Source: Eledone cirrhosa (lineage: Eukaryota). From it: DNA of 28,698 nt. Made by a program: the position numbers and the translations under genes. Positions 8,667 through 23,000 of this stretch are shown piece by piece; position 1 is the first letter of the stretch; every line of letters starts with the position of its first letter. A model generated the notes under the pieces. The model was not told the DNA's origin. It ran no database searches and saw nothing but the letters and a program-made list of their open reading frames with translations. The stretch is taken from assembly GCA_964016885.1 (NCBI GenBank), contig CAXHJY010001455.1, positions 1 to 28,698 of the forward strand, in the 5' to 3' direction.

Positions 8667-11515
8667 TTGATCGGACGAGCTCGAAGAAAACGATTCCGGG
8701 TGCTACCCGTCGAGAGTCGTGAATATTCCGTTTTCAAGACGGGTACGTGCCGGCCTACCCTATGCTATGACGGATGTCTCCGCCTCGACGACATGCCGTC
8801 TAGAACTCGTCCGCCCCGCCTGCACGTTAACGCCCGCCCTCCGCCTCCGCTCCGTCTTCCGCCTCCGATGCGTGTTCTGCCCGTAAAGTCTTGCCAACTT
8901 GGCCGCCTCCGACCCGTGTGTGGCTGCAGGGGAATCCAGCCGACGACGACGCCCGGACGGGGCGTCGTGGTGGTAGCTTGGCTTGGTCGATGCGACGACA
9001 ACACGCCGCCCAAACTTGCTTCCTTCGGGGAGGCCCCGTGTAGACGGCGGAAAGAAATCCATTCCGCCGGCTAGGCGGTTCCGCCGCCGACCCGTACTTT
9101 TACGAGTAGCTGCCGGGAAAGAGAGGCGGCAAGACGGCGTGTATACCCGTCGCGAGGCGAAGTTCCGCGACGCGACACGACGCCTTCCGTCTTCCGCCTC
9201 GAACCCGGCAAACGTTCCTTTATTCGTTCTCGCCTTGCCGCTTCGATGGCGAGAAAGTTCGCAACCCGCCGGCGAGGCGTATCCGCCGCCGACCCGTAGG
9301 GCTGCGCAACGCCTGCGGGGAATACCACCGAGTAGGGATTTTGCAGCACGGCCAGGGGGTTCTGTCTATTATATAGGGTAGGCTTGATCGGACGAGCTCG
9401 AAGAAAACGATTCCGGGTGCTACCCGTCGAGAGTCGTGAATATTCCGTTTACAAGACGGGTACGTGCCGGCCTACCCTATGCTATGACGGATGTCTCCGC
9501 CTCGACGACATGCCGTCTAGAACTCGTCCGCCCCGCCTGCACGTTAACGCCCGCCCTCCGCCTCCGATGCCGTGTTCCGCCTCCGATGCGTGTTCTGCCC
9601 GTAAAGTCTTGCCAACTTGGCCGCCTCCGACCCGTGTGTGGCTGCAGGGGAATCCAGCCGACGACGACGCCCGGACGGGGCGTCGTGGTGGTAGCTTGGC
9701 TTGGTCGATGCGACGACAACACGCCGCCCAAACTTGCTTCCTTCGGGGAGGCCCCGTGTAGACGGCGGAAAGAAATCCATTCCGCCGGCTAGGCGGTTCC
9801 GCCGCCGACCCGTACTTTTACGAGTAGCTGCCGGGAAAGAGAGGCGGCAAGACGGCGTGTATACCCGTCGCGAGGCGAAGTTCCGCGACGCGACACGACG
9901 CCTTCCGTCTTCCGCCTCGAACCCGGCAAACGTTCCTTTATTCGTTCTCGCCCTTGCCGCTTCGATGGCGAGAAAGTTCGCAACCCGCCGGCGAGGCGTA
10001 TCCGCCGCCGACCCGTAGGGCTGCGCAACGCCTGCGGGGAATACCACCGAGTAGGGATTTTGCAGCACGGCCAGGGGGTTCTGTCTATTATATAGGGTAG
10101 GCTTGATCGGACGAGCTCGAAGAAAACGATTCCGGGTGCTACCCGTCGAGAGTCGTGAATATTCCGTTTACAAGACGGGTACGTGCCGGCCTACCCTATG
10201 CTATGACGGATGTCTCCGCCTCGACGACATGCCGTCTAGAACTCGTCCGCCCCGCCTGCACGTTAACGCCCGCCCTCCGCCTCCGATGCGTGTTCCGCCT
10301 CCGATGCGTGTTCTGCCCGTAAAGTCTTGCCAACTTGGCCGCCTCCGACCCGTGTGTGGCTGCAGGGGAATCCAGCCGACGACGACGCCCGGACGGGGCG
10401 TCGTGGTGGTAGCTTGGCTTGGTCGATGCGACGACAACACGCCGCCCAAACTTGCTTCCTTCGGGGAGGCCCCGTGTAGACGGCGGAAAGAAATCCATTC
10501 CGCCGGCTAGGCGGTTCCGCCGCCGACCCGTACTTTTACGAGTAGCTGCCGGGAAAGAGAGGCGGCAAGACGGCGTGTATACCCGTCGCGAGGCGAAGTT
10601 CCGCGACGCGACACGACGCCTTCCGTCTTCCGCCTCGAACCCGGCAAACGTTCTCGCCCTTGCCGCTTCGATGGCGAGAAAAGTTCGCAACCCGCCGGCG
10701 AGGCGTATCCGCCGCCGACCCGTAGGGCTGCGCAACGCCTGCGGGGAATACCACCGAGTAGGGATTTTGCAGCACGGCCAGGGGGTTCTGTCTATTATAT
10801 AGGGTAGGCTTGATCGGACGAGCTCGAAGAAAACGATTCCGGGTGCTACCCGTCGAGAGTCGTGAATATTCCGTTTACAAGACGGGTACGTGCCGGCCTA
10901 CCCTATGCTATGACGGATGTCTCCGCCTCGACGACATGCCGTCTAGAACTCGTCCGCCCCGCCTGCACGTTAACGCCCGCCCTCCGCCTCCGCTCCGTCT
11001 TCCGCCTCCGATGCGTGTTCTGCCCGTAAAGTCTTGCCAACTTGGCCGCCTCCGACCCGTGTGTGGCTGCAGGGGAATCCAGCCGACGACGACGCCCGGA
11101 CGGGGCGTCGTGGTGGTAGCTTGGCTTGGTCGATGCGACGACAACACGCCGCCCAAACTTGCTTCCTTCGGGGAGGCCCCGTGTAGACGGCGGAAAGAAA
11201 TCCATTCCGCCGGCTAGGCGGTTCCGCCGCCGACCCGTACTTTTACGAGTAGCTGCCGGGAAAGAGAGGCGGCAAGACGGCGTGTATACCCGTCGCGAGG
11301 CGAAGTTCCGCGACGCGACACGACGCCTTCCGTCTTCCGCCTCGAACCCGGCAAACGTTCTCGCCCTTGCCGCTTCGATGGCGAGAAAGTTCGCAACCCG
11401 CCGGCGAGGCGTATCCGCCGCCGACCCGTAGGGCTGCGCAACGCCTGCGGGGAATACCACCGAGTAGGGATTTTGCAGCACGGCCAGGGGGTTCTGTCTA
11501 TTATATAGGGTAGGC

Positions 11516-14500
11516 TTGATCGGACGAGCTCGAAGAAAACGATTCCGGGTGCTACCCGTCGAGAGTCGTGAATATTCCGTTTACAAGACGGGTACGTGCC
11601 GGCCTACCCTATGCTATGACGGATGTCTCCGCCTCGACGACATGCCGTCTAGAACTCGTCCGCCCCGCCTGCACGTTAACGCCCGCCCTCCGCCTCCGAT
11701 GCCGTGTTCCGCCTCCGATGCGTGTTCTGCCCGTAAAGTCTTGCCAACTTGGCCGCCTCCGACCCGTGTGTGGCTGCAGGGGAATCCAGCCGACGACGAC
11801 GCCCGGACGGGGCGTCGTGGTGGTAGCTTGGCTTGGTCGATGCGACGACAACACGCCGCCCAAACTTGCTTCCTTCGGGGAGGCCCCGTGTAGACGGCGG
11901 AAAGAAATCCATTCCGCCGGCTAGGCGGTTCCGCCGCCGACCCGTACTTTTACGAGTAGCTGCCGGGAAAGAGAGGCGGCAAGACGGCGTGTATACCCGT
12001 CGCGAGGCGAAGTTCCGCGACGCGACACGACGCCTTCCGTCTTCCGCCTCGAACCCGGCAAACGTTCCTTTATTCGTTCTCGCCCTTGCCGCTTCGATGG
12101 CGAGAAAGTTCGCAACCCGCCGGCGAGGCGTATCCGCCGCCGACCCGTAGGGCTGCGCAACGCCTGCGGGGAATACCACCGAGTAGGGATTTTGCAGCAC
12201 GGCCAGGGGGTTCTGTCTATTATATAGGGTAGGCTTGATCGGACGAGCTCGAAGAAAACGATTCCGGGTGCTACCCGTCGAGAGTCGTGAATATTCCGTT
12301 TACAAGACGGGTACGTGCCGGCCTACCCTATGCTATGACGGATGTCTCCGCCTCGACGACATGCCGTCTAGAACTCGTCCGCCCCGCCTGCACGTTAACG
12401 CCCGCCCTCCGCCTCCGATGCCGTGTTCCGCCTCCGATGCGTGTTCTGCCCGTAAAGTCTTGCCAACTTGGCCGCCTCCGACCCGTGTGTGGCTGCAGGG
12501 GAATCCAGCCGACGACGACGCCCGGACGGGGCGTCGTGGTGGTAGCTTGGCTTGGTCGATGCGACGACAACACGCCGCCCAAACTTGCTTCCTTCGGGGA
12601 GGCCCCGTGTAGACGGCGGAAAGAAATCCATTCCGCCGGCTAGGCGGTTCCGCCGCCGACCCGTACTTTTACGAGTAGCTGCCGGGAAAGAGAGGCGGCA
12701 AGACGGCGTGTATACCCGTCGCGAGGCGAAGTTCCGCGACGCGACACGACGCCTTCCGTCTTCCGCCTCGAACCCGGCAAACGTTCTCGCCCTTGCCGCT
12801 TCGATGGCGAGAAAAGTTCGCAACCCGCCGGCGAGGCGTATCCGCCGCCGACCCGTAGGGCTGCGCAACGCCTGCGGGGAATACCACCGAGTAGGGATTT
12901 TGCAGCACGGCCAGGGGGTTCTGTCTATTATATAGGGTAGGCTTGATCGGACGAGCTCGAAGAAAACGATTCCGGGTGCTACCCGTCGAGAGTCGTGAAT
13001 ATTCCGTTTACAAGACGGGTACGTGCCGGCCTACCCTATGCTATGACGGATGTCTCCGCCTCGACGACATGCCGTCTAGAACTCGTCCGCCCCGCCTGCA
13101 CGTTAACGCCCGCCCTCCGCCTCCGCTCCGTCTTCCGCCTCCGATGCGTGTTCTGCCCGTAAAGTCTTGCCAACTTGGCCGCCTCCGACCCGTGTGTGGC
13201 TGCAGGGGAATCCAGCCGACGACGACGCCCGGACGGGGCGTCGTGGTGGTAGCTTGGCTTGGTCGATGCGACGACAACACGCCGCCCAAACTTGCTTCCT
13301 TCGGGGAGGCCCCGTGTAGACGGCGGAAAGAAATCCATTCCGCCGGCTAGGCGGTTCCGCCGCCGACCCGTACTTTTACGAGTAGCTGCCGGGAAAGAGA
13401 GGCGGCAAGACGGCGTGTATACCCGTCGCGAGGCGAAGTTCCGCGACGCGACACGACGCCTTCCGTCTTCCGCCTCGAACCCGGCAAACGTTCTCGCCCT
13501 TGCCGCTTCGATGGCGAGAAAGTTCGCAACCCGCCGGCGAGGCGTATCCGCCGCCGACCCGTAGGGCTGCGCAACGCCTGCGGGGAATACCACCGAGTAG
13601 GGATTTTGCAGCACGGCCAGGGGGTTCTGTCTATTATATAGGGTAGGCTTGATCGGACGAGCTCGAAGAAAACGATTCCGGGTGCTACCCGTCGAGAGTC
13701 GTGAATATTCCGTTTACAAGACGGGTACGTGCCGGCCTACCCTATGCTATGACGGATGTCTCCGCCTCGACGACATGCCGTCTAGAACTCGTCCGCCCCG
13801 CCTGCACGTTAACGCCCGCCCTCCGCCTCCGCTCCGTCTTCCGCCTCCGATGCGTGTTCTGCCCGTAAAGTCTTGCCAACTTGGCCGCCTCCGACCCGTG
13901 TGTGGCTGCAGGGGAATCCAGCCGACGACGACGCCCGGACGGGGCGTCGTGGTGGTAGCTTGGCTTGGTCGATGCGACGACAACACGCCGCCCAAACTTG
14001 CTTCCTTCGGGGAGGCCCCGTGTAGACGGCGGAAAGAAATCCATTCCGCCGGCTAGGCGGTTCCGCCGCCGACCCGTACTTTTACGAGTAGCTGCCGGGA
14101 AAGAGAGGCGGCAAGACGGCGTGTATACCCGTCGCGAGGCGAAGTTCCGCGACGCGACACGACGCCTTCCGTCTTCCGCCTCGAACCCGGCAAACGTTCT
14201 CGCCCTTGCCGCTTCGATGGCGAGAAAGTTCGCAACCCGCCGGCGAGGCGTATCCGCCGCCGACCCGTAGGGCTGCGCAACGCCTGCGGGGAATACCACC
14301 GAGTAGGGATTTTGCAGCACGGCCAGGGGGTTCTGTCTATTATATAGGGTAGGCTTGATCGGACGAGCTCGAAGAAAACGATTCCGGGTGCTACCCGTCG
14401 AGAGTCGTGAATATTCCGTTTACAAGACGGGTACGTGCCGGCCTACCCTATGCTGTGACGGATGTCTCCGCCTCGACGACATGCCGTCTAGAACTCGTCC

Positions 14501-15788
14501 GCCCCGCCTGCACGTTAACGCCCGCCCTCCGCCTCCGCTCCGTCTTCCGCCTCCGATGCGTGTTCTGCCCGTAAAGTCTTGCCAACTTGGCCGCCTCCGA
14601 CCCGTGTGTGGCTGCAGGGGAATCCAGCCGACGACGACGCCCGGACGGGGCGTCGTGGTGGTAGCTTGGCTTGGTCGATGCGACGACAACACGCCGCCCA
14701 AACTTGCTTCCTTCGGGGAGGCCCCGTGTAGACGGCGGAAAGAAATCCATTCCGCCGGCTAGGCGGTTCCGCCGCCGACCCGTACTTTTACGAGTAGCTG
14801 CCGGGAAAGAGAAGCGGCAAGACGGCGTGTATACCCGTCGCGAGGCGAAGTTCCGCGACGCGACACGACGCCTTCCGTCTTCCGCCTCGAACCCGGCAAA
14901 CGTTCCTTTATTCGTTCTCGCCTTGCCGCTTCGATGGCGAGAAAGTTCGCAACCCGCCGGCGAGGCGTATCCGCCGCCGACCCGTAGGGCTGCGCAACGC
15001 CTGCGGGGAATACCACCGAGTAGGGATTTTGCAGCACGGCCAGGGGGTTCTGTCTATTATATAGGGTAGGCTTGATCGGACGAGCTCGAAGAAAACGATT
15101 CCGGGTGCTACCCGTCGAGAGTCGTGAATATTCCGTTTTCAAGACGGGTACGTGCCGGCCTACCCTATGCTATGACGGATGTCTCCGCCTCGACGACATG
15201 CCGTCTAGAACTCGTCCGCCCCGCCTGCACGTTAACGCCCGCCCTCCGCCTCCGCTCCGTCTTCCGCCTCCGATGCGTGTTCTGCCCGTAAAGTCTTGCC
15301 AACTTGGCCGCCTCCGACCCGTGTGTGGCTGCAGGGGAATCCAGCCGACGACGACGCCCGGACGGGGCGTCGTGGTGGTAGCTTGGCTTGGTCGATGCGA
15401 CGACAACACGCCGCCCAAACTTGCTTCCTTCGGGGAGGCCCCGTGTAGACGGCGGAAAGAAATCCATTCCGCCGGCTAGGCGGTTCCGCCGCCGACCCGT
15501 ACTTTTACGAGTAGCTGCCGGGAAAGAGAAGCGGCAAGACGGCGTGTATACCCGTCGCGAGGCGAAGTTCCGCGACGCGACACGACGCCTTCCGTCTTCC
15601 GCCTCGAACCCGGCAAACGTTCCTTTATTCGTTCTCGCCTTGCCGCTTCGATGGCGAGAAAGTTCGCAACCCGCCGGCGAGGCGTATCCGCCGCCGACCC
15701 GTAGGGCTGCGCAACGCCTGCGGGGAATACCACCGAGTAGGGATTTTGCAGCACGGCCAGGGGGTTCTGTCTATTATATAGGGTAGGC
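11516..15788 (+). repeat. Higher-order block G-A-H-H-D-I, copy 2
   Basis: Same spacing and allele order as 4394-8666. Confidence 0.9.
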
Positions 15789-17213
15789 TTGATCGGACGA
15801 GCTCGAAGAAAACGATTCCGGGTGCTACCCGTCGAGAGTCGTGAATATTCCGTTTACAAGACGGGTACGTGCCGGCCTACCCTATGCTGTGACGGATGTC
15901 TCCGCCTCGACGACATGCCGTCTAGAACTCGTCCGCCCCGCCTGCACGTTAACGCCCGCCCTCCGCCTCCGCTCCGTCTTCCGCCTCCGATGCGTGTTCT
16001 GCCCGTAAAGTCTTGCCAACTTGGCCGCCTCCGACCCGTGTGTGGCTGCAGGGGAATCCAGCCGACGACGACGCCCGGACGGGGCGTCGTGGTGGTAGCT
16101 TGGCTTGGTCGATGCGACGACAACACGCCGCCCAAACTTGCTTCCTTCGGGGAGGCCCCGTGTAGACGGCGGAAAGAAATCCATTCCGCCGGCTAGGCGG
16201 TTCCGCCGCCGACCCGTACTTTTACGAGTAGCTGCCGGGAAAGAGAAGCGGCAAGACGGCGTGTATACCCGTCGCGAGGCGAAGTTCCGCGACGCGACAC
16301 GACGCCTTCCGTCTTCCGCCTCGAACCCGGCAAACGTTCTCGCCCTTGCCGCTTCGATGGCGAGAAAGTTCGCAACCCGCCGGCGAGGCGTATCCGCCGC
16401 CGACCCGTAGGGCTGCGCAACGCCTGCGGGGAATACCACCGAGTAGGGATTTTGCAGCACGGCCAGGGGGTTCTGTCTATTATATAGGGTAGGCTTGATC
16501 GGACGAGCTCGAAGAAAACGATTCCGGGTGCTACCCGTCGAGAGTCGTGAATATTCCGTTTACAAGACGGGTACGTGCCGGCCTACCCTATGCTATGACG
16601 GATGTCTCCGCCTCGACGACATGCCGTCTAGAACTCGTCCGCCCCGCCTGCACGTTAACGCCCGCCCTCCGCCTCCGATGCCGTGTTCCGCCTCCGATGC
16701 GTGTTCTGCCCGTAAAGTCTTGCCAACTTGGCCGCCTCCGACCCGTGTGTGGCTGCAGGGGAATCCAGCCGACGACGACGCCCGGACGGGGCGTCGTGGT
16801 GGTAGCTTGGCTTGGTCGATGCGACGACAACACGCCGCCCAAACTTGCTTCCTTCGGGGAGGCCCCGTGTAGACGGCGGAAAGAAATCCATTCCGCCGGC
16901 TAGGCGGTTCCGCCGCCGACCCGTACTTTTACGAGTAGCTGCCGGGAAAGAGAGGCGGCAAGACGGCGTGTATACCCGTCGCGAGGCGAAGTTCCGCGAC
17001 GCGACACGACGCCTTCCGTCTTCCGCCTCGAACCCGGCAAACGTTCCTTTATTCGTTCTCGCCCTTGCCGCTTCGATGGCGAGAAAGTTCGCAACCCGCC
17101 GGCGAGGCGTATCCGCCGCCGACCCGTAGGGCTGCGCAACGCCTGCGGGGAATACCACCGAGTAGGGATTTTGCAGCACGGCCAGGGGGTTCTGTCTATT
17201 ATATAGGGTAGGC

Positions 17214-19355
17214 TTGATCGGACGAGCTCGAAGAAAACGATTCCGGGTGCTACCCGTCGAGAGTCGTGAATATTCCGTTTACAAGACGGGTACGTGCCGG
17301 CCTACCCTATGCTATGACGGATGTCTCCGCCTCGACGACATGCCGTCTAGAACTCGTCCGCCCCGCCTGCACGTTAACGCCCGCCCTCCGCCTCCGATGC
17401 GTGTTCCGCCTCCGATGCGTGTTCTGCCCGTAAAGTCTTGCCAACTTCGCCGCCTCCGACCCGTGTGTGGCTGCAGGGGAATCCAGCCGACGACGACGCC
17501 CGGACGGGGCGTCGTGGTGGTAGCTTGGCTTGGTCGATGCGACGACAACACGCCGCCCAAACTTGCTTCCTTCGGGGAGGCCCCGTGTAGACGGCGGAAA
17601 GAAATCCATTCCGCCGGCTAGGCGGTTCCGCCGCCGACCCGTACTTTTACGAGTAGCTGCCGGGAAAGAGAGGCGGCAAGACGGCGTGTATACCCGTCGC
17701 GAGGCGAAGTTCCGCGACGCGACACGACGCCTTCCGTCTTCCGCCTCGAACCCGGCAAACGTTCTCGCCCTTGCCGCTTCGATGGCGAGAAAAGTTCGCA
17801 ACCCGCCGGCGAGGCGTATCCGCCGCCGACCCGTAGGGCTGCGCAACGCCTGCGGGGAATACCACCGAGTAGGGATTTTGCAGCACGGCCAGGGGGTTCT
17901 GTCTATTATATAGGGTAGGCTTGATCGGACGAGCTCGAAGAAAACGATTCCGGGTGCTACCCGTCGAGAGTCGTGAATATTCCGTTTACAAGACGGGTAC
18001 GTGCCGGCCTACCCTATGCTGTGACGGATGTCTCCGCCTCGACGACATGCCGTCTAGAACTCGTCCGCCCCGCCTGCACGTTAACGCCCGCCCTCCGCCT
18101 CCGCTCCGTCTTCCGCCTCCGATGCGTGTTCTGCCCGTAAAGTCTTGCCAACTTGGCCGCCTCCGACCCGTGTGTGGCTGCAGGGGAATCCAGCCGACGA
18201 CGACGCCCGGACGGGGCGTCGTGGTGGTAGCTTGGCTTGGTCGATGCGACGACAACACGCCGCCCAAACTTGCTTCCTTCGGGGAGGCCCCGTGTAGACG
18301 GCGGAAAGAAATCCATTCCGCCGGCTAGGCGGTTCCGCCGCCGACCCGTACTTTTACGAGTAGCTGCCGGGAAAGAGAAGCGGCAAGACGGCGTGTATAC
18401 CCGTCGCGAGGCGAAGTTCCGCGACGCGACACGACGCCTTCCGTCTTCCGCCTCGAACCCGGCAAACGTTCCTTTATTCGTTCTCGCCTTGCCGCTTCGA
18501 TGGCGAGAAAGTTCGCAACCCGCCGGCGAGGCGTATCCGCCGCCGACCCGTAGGGCTGCGCAACGCCTGCGGGGAATACCACCGAGTAGGGATTTTGCAG
18601 CACGGCCAGGGGGTTCTGTCTATTATATAGGGTAGGCTTGATCGGACGAGCTCGAAGAAAACGATTCCGGGTGCTACCCGTCGAGAGTCGTGAATATTCC
18701 GTTTTCAAGACGGGTACGTGCCGGCCTACCCTATGCTATGACGGATGTCTCCGCCTCGACGACATGCCGTCTAGAACTCGTCCGCCCCGCCTGCACGTTA
18801 ACGCCCGCCCTCCGCCTCCGCTCCGTCTTCCGCCTCCGATGCGTGTTCTGCCCGTAAAGTCTTGCCAACTTGGCCGCCTCCGACCCGTGTGTGGCTGCAG
18901 GGGAATCCAGCCGACGACGACGCCCGGACGGGGCGTCGTGGTGGTAGCTTGGCTTGGTCGATGCGACGACAACACGCCGCCCAAACTTGCTTCCTTCGGG
19001 GAGGCCCCGTGTAGACGGCGGAAAGAAATCCATTCCGCCGGCTAGGCGGTTCCGCCGCCGACCCGTACTTTTACGAGTAGCTGCCGGGAAAGAGAGGCGG
19101 CAAGACGGCGTGTATACCCGTCGCGAGGCGAAGTTCCGCGACGCGACACGACGCCTTCCGTCTTCCGCCTCGAACCCGGCAAACGTTCCTTTATTCGTTC
19201 TCGCCCTTGCCGCTTCGATGGCGAGAAAGTTCGCAACCCGCCGGCGAGGCGTATCCGCCGCCGACCCGTAGGGCTGCGCAACGCCTGCGGGGAATACCAC
19301 CGAGTAGGGATTTTGCAGCACGGCCAGGGGGTTCTGTCTATTATATAGGGTAGGC
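17214..19355 (+). repeat. Higher-order block C-D-E, copy 2
   Basis: Same rare alleles and spacings as 1533-3674. Confidence 0.88.
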
Positions 19356-20073
19356 TTGATCGGACGAGCTCGAAGAAAACGATTCCGGGTGCTACCCGTC
19401 GAGAGTCGTGAATATTCCGTTTACAAGACGGGTACGTGCCGGCCTACCCTATGCTATGACGGATGTCTCCGCCTCGACGACATGCCGTCTAGAACTCGTC
19501 CGCCCCGCCTGCACGTTAACGCCCGCCCTCCGCCTCCGATGCCGTGTTCCGCCTCCGATGCGTGTTCTGCCCGTAAAGTCTTGCCAACTTGGCCGCCTCC
19601 GACCCGTGTGTGGCTGCAGGGGAATCCAGCCGACGACGACGCCCGGACGGGGCGTCGTGGTGGTAGCTTGGCTTGGACGATGCGACGACAACACGCCGCC
19701 CAAACTTGCTTCCTTCGGGGAGGCCCCGTGTAGACGGCGGAAAGAAATCCATTCCGCCGGCTAGGCGGTTCCGCCGCCGACCCGTACTTTTACGAGTAGC
19801 TGCCGGGAAAGAGAAGCGGCAAGACGGCGTGTATACCCGTCGCGAGGCGAAGTTCCGCGACGCGACACGACGCCTTCCGTCTTCCGCCTCGAACCCGGCA
19901 AACGTTCCTTTATTCGTTCTCGCCTTGCCGCTTCGATGGCGAGAAAGTTCGCAACCCGCCGGCGAGGCGTATCCGCCGCCGACCCGTAGGGCTGCGCAAC
20001 GCCTGCGGGGAATACCACCGAGTAGGGATTTTGCAGCACGGCCAGGGGGTTCTGTCTATTATATAGGGTAGGC

Positions 20074-23000
20074 TTGATCGGACGAGCTCGAAGAAAACGA
20101 TTCCGGGTGCTACCCGTCGAGAGTCGTGAATATTCCGTTTACAAGACGGGTACGTGCCGGCCTACCCTATGCTATGACGGATGTCTCCGCCTCGACGACA
20201 TGCCGTCTAGAACTCGTCCGCCCCGCCTGCACGTTAACGCCCGCCCTCCGCCTCCGATGCCGTGTTCCGCCTCCGATGCGTGTTCTGCCCGTAAAGTCTT
20301 GCCAACTTGGCCGCCTCCGACCCGTGTGTGGCTGCAGGGGAATCCAGCCGACGACGACGCCCGGACGGGGCGTCGTGGTGGTAGCTTGGCTTGGTCGATG
20401 CGACGACAACACGCCGCCCAAACTTGCTTCCTTCGGGGAGGCCCCGTGTAGACGGCGGAAAGAAATCCATTCCGCCGGCTAGGCGGTTCCGCCGCCGACC
20501 CGTACTTTTACGAGTAGCTGCCGGGAAAGAGAGGCGGCAAGACGGCGTGTATACCCGTCGCGAGGCGAAGTTCCGCGACGCGACACGACGCCTTCCGTCT
20601 TCCGCCTCGAACCCGGCAAACGTTCTCGCCCTTGCCGCTTCGATGGCGAGAAAAGTTCGCAACCCGCCGGCGAGGCGTATCCGCCGCCGACCCGTAGGGC
20701 TGCGCAACGCCTGCGGGGAATACCACCGAGTAGGGATTTTGCAGCACGGCCAGGGGGTTCTGTCTATTATATAGGGTAGGCTTGATCGGACGAGCTCGAA
20801 GAAAACGATTCCGGGTGCTACCCGTCGAGAGTCGTGAATATTCCGTTTACAAGACGGGTACGTGCCGGCCTACCCTATGCTATGACGGATGTCTCCGCCT
20901 CGACGACATGCCGTCTAGAACTCGTCCGCCCCGCCTGCACGTTAACGCCCGCCCTCCGCCTCCGCTCCGTCTTCCGCCTCCGATGCGTGTTCTGCCCGTA
21001 AAGTCTTGCCAACTTGGCCGCCTCCGACCCGTGTGTGGCTGCAGGGGAATCCAGCCGACGACGACGCCCGGACGGGGCGTCGTGGTGGTAGCTTGGCTTG
21101 GTCGATGCGACGACAACACGCCGCCCAAACTTGCTTCCTTCGGGGAGGCCCCGTGTAGACGGCGGAAAGAAATCCATTCCGCCGGCTAGGCGGTTCCGCC
21201 GCCGACCCGTACTTTTACGAGTAGCTGCCGGGAAAGAGAGGCGGCAAGACGGCGTGTATACCCGTCGCGAGGCGAAGTTCCGCGACGCGACACGACGCCT
21301 TCCGTCTTCCGCCTCGAACCCGGCAAACGTTCTCGCCCTTGCCGCTTCGATGGCGAGAAAGTTCGCAACCCGCCGGCGAGGCGTATCCGCCGCCGACCCG
21401 TAGGGCTGCGCAACGCCTGCGGGGAATACCACCGAGTAGGGATTTTGCAGCACGGCCAGGGGGTTCTGTCTATTATATAGGGTAGGCTTGATCGGACGAG
21501 CTCGAAGAAAACGATTCCGGGTGCTACCCGTCGAGAGTCGTGAATATTCCGTTTACAAGACGGGTACGTGCCGGCCTACCCTATGCTATGACGGATGTCT
21601 CCGCCTCGACGACATGCCGTCTAGAACTCGTCCGCCCCGCCTGCACGTTAACGCCCGCCCTCCGCCTCCGCTCCGTCTTCCGCCTCCGATGCGTGTTCTG
21701 CCCGTAAAGTCTTGCCAACTTGGCCGCCTCCGACCCGTGTGTGGCTGCAGGGGAATCCAGCCGACGACGACGCCCGGACGGGGCGTCGTGGTGGTAGCTT
21801 GGCTTGGTCGATGCGACGACAACACGCCGCCCAAACTTGCTTCCTTCGGGGAGGCCCCGTGTAGACGGCGGAAAGAAATCCATTCCGCCGGCTAGGCGGT
21901 TCCGCCGCCGACCCGTACTTTTACGAGTAGCTGCCGGGAAAGAGAGGCGGCAAGACGGCGTGTATACCCGTCGCGAGGCGAAGTTCCGCGACGCGACACG
22001 ACGCCTTCCGTCTTCCGCCTCGAACCCGGCAAACGTTCTCGCCCTTGCCGCTTCGATGGCGAGAAAGTTCGCAACCCGCCGGCGAGGCGTATCCGCCGCC
22101 GACCCGTAGGGCTGCGCAACGCCTGCGGGGAATACCACCGAGTAGGGATTTTGCAGCACGGCCAGGGGGTTCTGTCTATTATATAGGGTAGGCTTGATCG
22201 GACGAGCTCGAAGAAAACGATTCCGGGTGCTACCCGTCGAGAGTCGTGAATATTCCGTTTACAAGACGGGTACGTGCCGGCCTACCCTATGCTGTGACGG
22301 ATGTCTCCGCCTCGACGACATGCCGTCTAGAACTCGTCCGCCCCGCCTGCACGTTAACGCCCGCCCTCCGCCTCCGCTCCGTCTTCCGCCTCCGATGCGT
22401 GTTCTGCCCGTAAAGTCTTGCCAACTTGGCCGCCTCCGACCCGTGTGTGGCTGCAGGGGAATCCAGCCGACGACGACGCCCGGACGGGGCGTCGTGGTGG
22501 TAGCTTGGCTTGGTCGATGCGACGACAACACGCCGCCCAAACTTGCTTCCTTCGGGGAGGCCCCGTGTAGACGGCGGAAAGAAATCCATTCCGCCGGCTA
22601 GGCGGTTCCGCCGCCGACCCGTACTTTTACGAGTAGCTGCCGGGAAAGAGAAGCGGCAAGACGGCGTGTATACCCGTCGCGAGGCGAAGTTCCGCGACGC
22701 GACACGACGCCTTCCGTCTTCCGCCTCGAACCCGGCAAACGTTCCTTTATTCGTTCTCGCCTTGCCGCTTCGATGGCGAGAAAGTTCGCAACCCGCCGGC
22801 GAGGCGTATCCGCCGCCGACCCGTAGGGCTGCGCAACGCCTGCGGGGAATACCACCGAGTAGGGATTTTGCAGCACGGCCAGGGGGTTCTGTCTATTATA
22901 TAGGGTAGGCTTGATCGGACGAGCTCGAAGAAAACGATTCCGGGTGCTACCCGTCGAGAGTCGTGAATATTCCGTTTTCAAGACGGGTACGTGCCGGCCT

